DNA of 20,000 nt, taken from an uncultured virus (IMG/VR IMGVR_UViG_3300025864_000013). Lineage: Duplodnaviria > Heunggongvirae > Uroviricota > Caudoviricetes. Of the stretch, positions 9,204 to 15,875 are shown piece by piece. The stretch lies in the IMG/VR virus record IMGVR_UViG_3300025864_000013, one strand, 5' to 3'. Each line of letters opens with the position of its first letter. The stretch's first letter is position 1. The notes under the pieces were generated by a model. That model saw only the letters and a list, made by a program, of their open reading frames with translations, was not told the origin of the DNA and did not search any database. The position numbers and the translations under genes were made by a program.

Positions 9204-9704
9204 TTAATCTATCTTTTTAGGCTTAGTTAACTCTGAAATAAAATTCAATACAGTTTCAAGTTCGTAATTACGGAAGGCATGTTGCAAATAATCAACTGGC
9301 TCCCTGTAATGATAATGGTTTAACCGGATATGCTCCTTACAGGCCTTTGCAGTGAGAAAAGCATTTTGATATTCATGTTTAAAGCTGAACCATATTTCTT
9401 GCCAGCCTTGGTCACGGAGCATATCAAGTTTATCGTCTTCATCCATTTGCTTTACCTGATCCATTGTGTAATCTGGCTCATAATAATCAAATATTCGCTG
9501 GTCAATCTCTTCCTGCGTTGTTATCTTCGAGTCATCATAGTGCCAGGCTTTTTCTCCGCAATTGTCGGGTACTGCTATCTCTTCGTTAGTTTGGATGGCA
9601 AAATAATACGGAAGTGCCGTTGACCTATTGTCCTGCGTGTTTAATTCCTTTGATAACTCCATTAAGAAGTCATACATTTTATCGGTGATTTCAATAGTTT
9701 TCAT
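9204..9704 (-). CDS. Hypothetical phage protein (166 aa)
   Basis: ORF track; TQDNRSTALPY and AFLTAKACKEHI motifs look like a recurrent phage family; bracketed by palindrome copies 2 and 3. Confidence 0.65.
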   Translation of the reverse strand: MKTIEITDKMYDFLMELSKELNTQDNRSTALPYYFAIQTNEEIAVPDNCGEKAWHYDDSKITTQEEIDQRIFDYYEPDYTMDQVKQMDEDDKLDMLRDQGWQEIWFSFKHEYQNAFLTAKACKEHIRLNHYHYREPVDYLQHAFRNYELETVLNFISELTKPKKID

Positions 9705-9733
9705 TTTTATCTAATTATGAAGTTTGAATTTAT

Positions 9734-9763
9734 CGCAACCTAGCGATAATGCGCTAGGATGCG
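9734..9763. repeat. Intergenic palindrome copy 3: CGCAACCTAGCG-ATAATG-CGCTAGGATGCG
   Basis: 12-bp arms with one mismatch; spacer is the reverse complement of the copy-2 spacer. Confidence 0.9.
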
Positions 9764-9773
9764 GAGGTTTTTA

Positions 9774-10016
9774 TTAAATCGCAAGCCTGTATTCTCCAAC
9801 TCTTTTACCGGATCTGAGTAATTTAAGTCTCCGGTCAATAGAAAGAAAGTATGGACCACGTTGTAAATCATATATTCTGGCCCCAAGCCTCATACAGCCC
9901 CATTTATTTAACGCTTCAAGCTGGGTTATTGCTTTCCCCTTCAATAGATGCCTTTTGATTTTCTCCAGCTGGCTCAATGTGTGTTTCTGATTTGGATTGA
10001 TGTTTTGCTTTTTCAT
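9774..10016 (-). CDS. Winged helix-turn-helix phage protein (HTH_39-like, 80 aa)
   Basis: SQLEKIKRHLLKGKAITQLEALNKWGCMRLGARIYDL...VGEYRL signature. Confidence 0.75.
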   Translation of the reverse strand: MKKQNINPNQKHTLSQLEKIKRHLLKGKAITQLEALNKWGCMRLGARIYDLQRGPYFLSIDRRLKLLRSGKRVGEYRLAI

Positions 10017-10395
10017 CTTTCAATGCTTTTTTAATTTTACCTAAAAGATCACTTGTAATTAGTTTGTAAAAAATATCAATATGCTCTCTGAATAATATTC
10101 TTACCAATAGTTCTTTTATCCTGAAATATCTATTTTTCTTCGTAAGCCTGATTGTGATATTAAGCCCAAAATCTGACCATAAATCTAAAAGAATAGAGCC
10201 TATTATTATAATTGCAAAAAAAGAAGCGAGCAGATTTAAAACCGGAATGGCTACCAAAAATACCTTGAAAGCAAATTGGCCCTCGTCAAACGCAGTATAA
10301 GTACGCTTATGTTTTTTCTTTCCTATTTCCATCAGGATAATTAGCACACAAGCTCCAACGACACAGGATAGATATATTTTAAATAGCAGTGGCAT
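9916..10395 (-). CDS. Membrane protein, two TM segments (159 aa)
   Basis: Two hydrophobic segments; 3' end overlaps the HTH gene by ~100 nt. Confidence 0.55.
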   Translation of the reverse strand: MPLLFKIYLSCVVGACVLIILMEIGKKKHKRTYTAFDEGQFAFKVFLVAIPVLNLLASFFAIIIIGSILLDLWSDFGLNITIRLTKKNRYFRIKELLVRILFREHIDIFYKLITSDLLGKIKKALKDEKAKHQSKSETHIEPAGENQKASIEGESNNPA

Positions 10396-10407
10396 GGTTA
10401 CGGCGGC

Positions 10408-11493
10408 TTATTCAACATATTGGCTTATCATCATAGGCATAAGCAATATTTGCTCCTGAAAAATAAAGGCTCTTGTGTTATCCTTAAATCCCATAGTTAT
10501 CTGTATATGGCCTTCGTCCAAAAAACATTTCAGTATTCGCCTTAGAAATAATACTTTCATTCCAAATTCAATTTCAGCATTATCAGGATTGATAATATTA
10601 ACCGTTTCTGATGCGGATATATCGAAGTCAATATCTTTACATGAGACATTCATTGTGTTGCCCTGTATTTTAGCGACGACTAACCATGAAGCCTGATTAG
10701 CTGCAAACTTAATTGCATCGAGTGCCTCGATGGTCTCTTTTACCGGAATTATAACAGTGTGCTCTATTGTCGGCAATACACTCCTCCAGTTTGGATATTT
10801 TGAATGGACTGCTGTGTCATTAAATACCGTGAGGTGGTCATTAAGATCCGACCGCCACCAGATTATCATATCTTCACTTTCCGCGCAAAGAAACTTTCCG
10901 GCAGTTTTCCCAATCTTAAAAGTTGTTGTGGGAAATAAGCGCATGAGCTTAATCACTCTTTTGTCAAACAATACTTCAATATTTTCGGTAATGCCTATTT
11001 TCCTGTAATAAAGGATATGCGCATCACTTGAAACAACAAAATGAGATCCTACACAAACCTGGCCCATAACAGGACGCAATTCATCGGATGCAACAAATTC
11101 AGAAGCAATATCCATTATCTCTATTTCTTTTGCGGAGACAGAAAATAATGGCTGCAGGTCTGTGTTGTTAATTTCTGCGGGAAACTCACTGAACTGTCCA
11201 TTTTTTAAAACTGAGCTACTTCCCGACTGTTCAAAGGTTATTTTTTCATCCTTGTTGCATGAAATAAGGAACGGAGCCCTGATGTGAGACATTCTCTGGA
11301 TGAAGTGATCAGAATTGACGGTAATGGGCTCAGAATCGCTCTTAATAGGAAATAAATGCCTAACCTTGACTCTTATTTCAAGGTTTGTGTAAGATATATA
11401 CTCGCGATCAATAGAAAAACATTCGAGTATTGGCATGGAGTTTCTAACTACCTTCAGTAAGGTTTTGATTGATTTTAATGTTTTGATTTTCAT
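10408..11493 (-). CDS. dnaN: DNA polymerase III beta (sliding clamp)-like protein, divergent phage copy (361 aa)
   Basis: Clamp-sized; motifs MPILECF, TNLEI, ASDELRPVMGQV, SSDAHIL, KYPNWRSVLP, IEFGMKVLFL and C-terminal LLMPM. Confidence 0.8.
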   Translation of the reverse strand: MKIKTLKSIKTLLKVVRNSMPILECFSIDREYISYTNLEIRVKVRHLFPIKSDSEPITVNSDHFIQRMSHIRAPFLISCNKDEKITFEQSGSSSVLKNGQFSEFPAEINNTDLQPLFSVSAKEIEIMDIASEFVASDELRPVMGQVCVGSHFVVSSDAHILYYRKIGITENIEVLFDKRVIKLMRLFPTTTFKIGKTAGKFLCAESEDMIIWWRSDLNDHLTVFNDTAVHSKYPNWRSVLPTIEHTVIIPVKETIEALDAIKFAANQASWLVVAKIQGNTMNVSCKDIDFDISASETVNIINPDNAEIEFGMKVLFLRRILKCFLDEGHIQITMGFKDNTRAFIFQEQILLMPMMISQYVE

Positions 11494-11517
11494 AACTGAG
11501 GTTTTAAAATAAATATA

Positions 11518-12189
11518 TCATAATTCTAGTAATAACCGAAAAGTGTATTTCCAAACCCAAGGATTAGAGGGCCATGAGCTGAAGCCATGAAGTTTAATCC
11601 ACGTATTTTGAAACTCCGCGATGCCATTAAATCCCTCGGCAATAGCTTCTTCCTCTGTGATATCATTTAGTTTTTGTGCAGTAACGTCGGTTACTTGGAT
11701 AAAGTAACGAGCGTATTTCTCCGGCATGAACATTTTATTATGCCAGTAATAATGTTTGTAACCCATTTCAAACTCGTAGGCCCTAAACTCTTCAACTTCT
11801 TTTTTGGCCCCATACTTATATGCAAATCGCTTTGACATGCTTTCACAATGTTCAGGCTCCCAAATAAAGTAAGGCTCTTTCAGAAATACGATTTCGCCAG
11901 GCTGATACCGAGGTTTTACATAAGCATTATCAAAATAGAACTGATCTCCCTCAAAAAGGCCATAGGTTCCTTTTAGTTTAATGAATTTTGGCTCTCCATC
12001 TTTATAGCAGACCATTTCTCCATCTTTATCTAGCTTGTAAACATCATCTGGATCTTCTTCCATACCTTCAAACGAGGGCTGTGACCAAAAGGTATAATCC
12101 GTTTTAGGGAAAATAATTCTCTTGGTTTGTGTTTTTTTGCCGCTTGTGGCAGCTAAAAACATCGGTTCTAAAAACATTATTCCTTGCAT
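11518..12189 (-). CDS. ASCH/PUA-like phage protein (223 aa)
   Basis: GIMF...SGKKTQTKR, PRYQPGEIVFLKE, MFMPEKYAR, LNDITEEEAIAEG, NPWVWKYTF pattern. Confidence 0.7.
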   Translation of the reverse strand: MQGIMFLEPMFLAATSGKKTQTKRIIFPKTDYTFWSQPSFEGMEEDPDDVYKLDKDGEMVCYKDGEPKFIKLKGTYGLFEGDQFYFDNAYVKPRYQPGEIVFLKEPYFIWEPEHCESMSKRFAYKYGAKKEVEEFRAYEFEMGYKHYYWHNKMFMPEKYARYFIQVTDVTAQKLNDITEEEAIAEGFNGIAEFQNTWIKLHGFSSWPSNPWVWKYTFRLLLEL

Positions 12190-12201
12190 TGATGATTTAG
12201 T

Positions 12202-12513
12202 TTAAGTAAATTTATACATGCCATTATCTTCAACTATCGTAGTTGTAAAGGGAAATTTATCTTTTGGGATACTTTCAATAACTTCAATTAAAGCTCTACC
12301 GGATGTAAATACAACATGCATTTCGTTATTAAATGAAACCTGTAGATATAAACACTTGCCCGAACCCTTCTTTTTAAAAGCCTCTATTTTAGTATCATCA
12401 ACTATGTACCGATGCACAGCAACCTCTTTATTAAGTATTCTGGTTATCTTTATTTTATCACCCTCTAGGGCTCTCTCTGGAATCTTAATATCAAACTGGC
12501 TAAACCTATTCAT
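12202..12513 (-). CDS. Small beta-rich protein coupled to the RT; candidate DGR accessory (103 aa)
   Basis: Start overlaps the RT stop by 8 nt; predicted strand-rich, unlike the all-helical Avd. Confidence 0.65.
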   Translation of the reverse strand: MNRFSQFDIKIPERALEGDKIKITRILNKEVAVHRYIVDDTKIEAFKKKGSGKCLYLQVSFNNEMHVVFTSGRALIEVIESIPKDKFPFTTTIVEDNGMYKFT

Positions 12514-13459
12514 GTAATAATTTTCTTAAAAGGTTTTTACTATTACAATGCGTTGCCCATCCTCTATATGATGCAATAGATTGAGGATTTTTGTTTCTTC
12601 TGAGCATCCGCGCAAATCTCTTTTTGATTGATTTTCTGAGTCGGGTATGAGTGTGATAAAAAACATAACCAACAAAGTCTATTCCCCTAACATCGACCGG
12701 AAATACTTGGTAATTAGCCTTAACTGTTAATTTAAGATTGTCCTGAAGATAGTTGCTTATTTCGGATAGGAGCTGGTGCAGATATGGCTTATTATCCGAT
12801 AGAATTACCATATCATCAGCATACCGGAAATAGTATTTTACATGTTTCTGCTCTTTCATCCAATGATCAAAATACGTGAGATAGAAGTTTGCAAAATACT
12901 GTGAGAGGTAGTTGCCGATCGGGAGTCCGGGGGCACTTTCGATAATTGAATCTAGTAGCCATAGAAGATCCATATCTTTAATTTTTCTCCGAAGTAGCTG
13001 CTTTAATATCGCATGATCAACATTAGGATAAAACTTCTTAATGTCAAGTTTAAGGCAATACTGAGTATTTGAAATATTTTTCAATGCTTCCCTCACTGAC
13101 CGGGCAGCTGCATGAATCCCCCGTTTTTTAATACAGCTATATGTATCTTTGGTAAAGACTGAAACAAAAATAGACTCAAGTGGTATCATGACGGCATGAT
13201 GAACTATACGATCAGGATAGTACGGCAGACGAAAAATAAGCCTTTCTTTGGGTTCATAAATTGGAAATGTTGTATATGGTGATGTTTTATATGTCTTTTC
13301 AACCAGCATTTTGTGCAGTTTAAGGATATTTTCAGTTGGGTTTTGGTCGAACTTAATCACTCCGGGTTGATTTTGTTTTCCTTTTCGGGCAATAGAATCT
13401 GCCAGCATCAGATTTTCGATGCTGCAGATCCTTTGGTATAAATTATTTTTACGCTTCAT
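12506..13459 (-). CDS. DGR reverse transcriptase (317 aa)
   Basis: YEPKERLI, DRIVHHA, LKLDIKKFYPNVDH, GLPIGNYLSQ (DGR-type SQ motif), RYADD catalytic motif, GIDFVGY; adjacent TR/VR pairs. Confidence 0.96.
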   Translation of the reverse strand: MKRKNNLYQRICSIENLMLADSIARKGKQNQPGVIKFDQNPTENILKLHKMLVEKTYKTSPYTTFPIYEPKERLIFRLPYYPDRIVHHAVMIPLESIFVSVFTKDTYSCIKKRGIHAAARSVREALKNISNTQYCLKLDIKKFYPNVDHAILKQLLRRKIKDMDLLWLLDSIIESAPGLPIGNYLSQYFANFYLTYFDHWMKEQKHVKYYFRYADDMVILSDNKPYLHQLLSEISNYLQDNLKLTVKANYQVFPVDVRGIDFVGYVFYHTHTRLRKSIKKRFARMLRRNKNPQSIASYRGWATHCNSKNLLRKLLHE

Positions 13460-13469
13460 GCCTTTGCCT

Positions 13470-13662
13470 TTGAAAGATCATTTTCTCCGAAGATACCAAC
13501 GCTCTTTAATTGTTTTTTGTTTTTTGCCATGTTGGCAGGGTTTATGCTGTAAATATCGCATAGGTGCGAACTGACATTCGTATTCGTGTTATCGTAGTTG
13601 TAATTCGTATTCGAAAAACTGAACCTGGACGACAAAAGTGGCAGCTCCATCAGCATACAACC
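13470..13662 (-). ncRNA. Predicted structured DGR RNA (TR plus flanking spacer); boundaries approximate
   Basis: Flanks GGTTGTATGCTG / CAGCATAAACC can pair around the TR; TGCCA-ACA-TGGCA hairpin; C-TTCG-G tetraloop at 13484-13493. Confidence 0.55.
13558..13635 (-). repeat. DGR template repeat (TR), 78-nt core
   Basis: TTGTCGTCCAGGTTCAGTTTTTCGAATACGAATTACAACTACGATAACACGAATACGAATGTCAGTTCGCACCTATGC; 23 adenines, 6 AAY codons; lies between target genes and RT. Confidence 0.95.
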
Positions 13663-13670
13663 AAAATTAA

Positions 13671-14087
13671 TTATTCTGAATAAAGAAAATATTCAACATA
13701 TTCGGATTCAAATTGCTTCGCAACGTACCGTGCTTTCTCACTAGTATCGGTGCAAAGGCGCGAACCGACACTCGTATACGTGTTAGCGTAGTTGTAAGTC
13801 GTATCCGAAAAACCGAACCCGGACGACAAAACTTCAAACCATGGATAATATTTGTACTGATTCCAATTACTCCAATCAGGTTTCCAGCCGTTGTTAATAG
13901 CTTTATAGATGATCATCAGTTTGTAAGCTGCAATGATCGGTTTCGCAAACTCTTGCAAAATACCTGAAACATCAGGAAGGTTTTTTGGATCTGCATTCAC
14001 TTTTTTACATGCATCTTCGAAGGTTTTGATTTTTTTATAATCAAACTCAGGGATGCTCTTTGCTACTTTTTTGTTTTTTGTTGCCAT
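13671..14087 (-). CDS. DGR target protein 1 (138 aa from MATKNKKV)
   Basis: Contains VR1; start revised to ATG 14087 by homology to paralog 2 and to avoid overlap. Confidence 0.9.
   Translation of the reverse strand: MATKNKKVAKSIPEFDYKKIKTFEDACKKVNADPKNLPDVSGILQEFAKPIIAAYKLMIIYKAINNGWKPDWSNWNQYKYYPWFEVLSSGFGFSDTTYNYANTYTSVGSRLCTDTSEKARYVAKQFESEYVEYFLYSE
13752..13829 (-). repeat. Variable repeat VR1
   Basis: 10 mismatches to TR in 78 nt, all at TR adenines; encodes LSSGFGFSDTTYNYANTYTSVGSRLC. Confidence 0.95.
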
Positions 14088-14095
14088 GGTTAAAT

Positions 14096-14512
14096 TTATT
14101 TTGGGTTCACATTTAAGAGCCAGCTCTTCCATAGATCAGGGAACTGTTCAAGTATATATATCGCCTTCTCTGATGAATTTGTGCAAAGGCGCGAACCGAC
14201 AGACGCAGTCGAGGAATCGTAGCCGCAATGCGTACCCGAAAAACCGAACCCGGACGACAAAAGCCAGGGCCACGGGTAATACCTTGGCTGCGTTTGATTG
14301 CTGAAATCAGGCTCCCAGCCATCGTTTATTGCTTCAAAAATTACCATCAGGATGAAGGCTGTTAGTAGTGATGCCCGAAACTTTTCAGGAATCATTGAGT
14401 GATCAGGAAGGAGCGATGGATCATATCCGCATTTCCGGAATGCATCCTCTTGCGTTTTGATTGTTTTGAAATCAAATACATCTTTCTTTTTTGTTACTTT
14501 TTTTGTTGCCAT
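14096..14512 (-). CDS. DGR target protein 2 (138 aa)
   Basis: Paralog sharing IKT.EDA, AINxGWxPDxSN, YYPW; contains VR2. Confidence 0.9.
   Translation of the reverse strand: MATKKVTKKKDVFDFKTIKTQEDAFRKCGYDPSLLPDHSMIPEKFRASLLTAFILMVIFEAINDGWEPDFSNQTQPRYYPWPWLLSSGFGFSGTHCGYDSSTASVGSRLCTNSSEKAIYILEQFPDLWKSWLLNVNPK
14183..14260 (-). repeat. Variable repeat VR2
   Basis: 18 mismatches to TR, all at TR adenines; encodes LSSGFGFSGTHCGYDSSTASVGSRLC. Confidence 0.95.
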
Positions 14513-14524
14513 TTTGTATTATTG

Positions 14525-14980
14525 CTAAGTTAAAAATTCTTTATAAAGTTGCAGAAATTGCTTACCTGCATAGATTGCTTTTTCTTCAGATTCAAAGCAA
14601 AGGCGCGAACCGACAAACGCATCCGTGCGATCGTAGTAGTAAGTCGTACTCGAAAAACCGAACCCGGACGACAAATTAAAGTACGGCCACCATTTACGTT
14701 GATTAGTATTGCTCCAATCTGGGGCCCAGCCCTGGTTGATAGCCTTAATTATAATTTTTAGTTTCTTGTAAGCAATCTCATCAGGAGTATCAAATCCAGC
14801 ACCAATAAATACTGCGCCAGAATTGATGTCTAACTCTTCACAGGCATGCTCGAAGGTCTTAATCTCTTCAAAACTTTTTTTCACGAAGATGTTCATCCCG
14901 AACGCTTCTTCAAGTTCTTTTTTAAACCAATCCTCTACTTTAGGATATAGTTTTTTTGCTGTTTGTTTTGTGATTTTCAT
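14525..14980 (-). CDS. DGR target protein 3 (151 aa from MKITKQ)
   Basis: Paralog with a different N-terminal extension; contains VR3; likely ATG at 14980. Confidence 0.88.
   Translation of the reverse strand: MKITKQTAKKLYPKVEDWFKKELEEAFGMNIFVKKSFEEIKTFEHACEELDINSGAVFIGAGFDTPDEIAYKKLKIIIKAINQGWAPDWSNTNQRKWWPYFNLSSGFGFSSTTYYYDRTDAFVGSRLCFESEEKAIYAGKQFLQLYKEFLT
14597..14674 (-). repeat. Variable repeat VR3
   Basis: 14 mismatches to TR, all at TR adenines; encodes LSSGFGFSSTTYYYDRTDAFVGSRLC. Confidence 0.95.
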
Positions 14981-15143
14981 AATATATAATTTTAATTTGA
15001 CCAATAATAATATCCTATCAGTTCATTAAAAGCAGTGGAATATCTTTTTATTCCAAAATAGTGGTATTGCCACCTTATCAACGGCCATTCAGTCTGAACC
15101 GTTGGTTTTGTTACGTCTTGGAGAGTGTACACTATTTTCATGG

Positions 15144-15467
15144 CTAAAAGTTTGAAAGGTTTTTAAGAATTGTTTCATAGAAGCCATAATCAATCCGACC
15201 ATCAGGAAGAAGGATTGCTTCGCCAGATATAATCTGTTTGTGAATAACCTCAAAGCTATGAGTGTTAATTCTAAAAGACCGAATTGTAATATGCGTTTTA
15301 AAGTCCTTTACTCGCTCATCTTGTATAGTATAGAGTAACTGAATTAAAACTCTTGGATCGTTTGGGTTAAATTCAAACCCTTCATTTACATCATCCATGT
15401 TCTTGACATAGCTACAAATAGAAGCCGTGAACAGGTCATAAATCATTTTTTGAAATACATTTTTCAT
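15144..15467 (-). CDS. Hypothetical protein (107 aa)
   Basis: ORF track, co-oriented with neighbours. Confidence 0.55.
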   Translation of the reverse strand: MKNVFQKMIYDLFTASICSYVKNMDDVNEGFEFNPNDPRVLIQLLYTIQDERVKDFKTHITIRSFRINTHSFEVIHKQIISGEAILLPDGRIDYGFYETILKNLSNF

Positions 15468-15480
15468 AATACAAGGTTTT

Positions 15481-15525
15481 AAAAAGCCGGTAACGGGGCT
15501 TTGATATTATCTCACCCCGACCGAC
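15481..15525 (-). terminator. Possible intrinsic terminator after 15535..15729
   Basis: Minus strand GTCGGT-CGGGG...CCCCG-TT-ACCGGC followed by TTTTT; large loop and a bulge. Confidence 0.4.
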
Positions 15526-15534
15526 TAAGGTTTC

Positions 15535-15729
15535 TTAAATATGTTTAGACTTTTGCTCGTACATTTCAGCCTTTTCGATAAGTTGCTGAGTTGTAAAACC
15601 ATTATACATACCAGTTCCAGTTCTTAGTGATCTTTCAACCATTTTTCTAAGGCCCGTTGCATTTGCAGCATAATGAAGTTTAATTGTGGATTCTGGAAAC
15701 TGATGTCCAAGAAATGTTATTGTGTTCAT
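15535..15729 (-). CDS. Small hypothetical protein (64 aa)
   Basis: ORF track; flanked by a perfect 10-bp inverted repeat. Confidence 0.55.
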   Translation of the reverse strand: MNTITFLGHQFPESTIKLHYAANATGLRKMVERSLRTGTGMYNGFTTQQLIEKAEMYEQKSKHI

Positions 15730-15875
15730 CTTAGTCGGTTTTAATTGTTTCCGAAAGGTCTGAAATGATTTTCAGATAAACAAGTCTTTTTGTTATTTAT
15801 ACAGCATAAAAATAAGCATATTGCTGAATACTAAGGACATGCTTAAATAATTTAGAATGATTTTATGTAAATAGA

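Larger units (their letters stand above)
12506..14980 (-). mobile_element. Diversity-generating retroelement: target3-target2-target1-TR-RT
   Basis: RT plus one TR and three VRs with exclusively A-position mismatches. Confidence 0.95.

Noticed and set aside
12506..13459. RT as group II intron, retron or Abi RT
   Set aside because: Short, no maturase/endonuclease extension, no retron VTG motif; SQ motif and TR/VR pairs identify a DGR RT
13456..13656. 66-aa ORF spanning the TR (MLMELPLLSSRFSFSNTNYNYDNTNTNVSSHLC...)
   Set aside because: Open frame is expected because the TR mirrors VR codons (AAY-rich); treated as RNA template, although its ATGA overlap with the RT start means translation cannot be excluded
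13700..14600. Conserved DNA hairpin downstream of each VR (as in the Bordetella DGR)
   Set aside because: Only weak, dissimilar candidates (TTGC-GAA-GCAA after VR1; AAGAGC-TG-GCTCTT after VR2); not convincing
13558..14674. Four ~78-nt repeats as a CRISPR array or simple tandem duplication
   Set aside because: Repeats lie in coding frames with irregular long spacing and A-only mismatches; no cas genes
15025..15141. Possible 38-aa minus ORF (MKIVYTLQDV...) upstream of target 3
   Set aside because: Too short, no motif support; cannot be called, and far too small to be Avd
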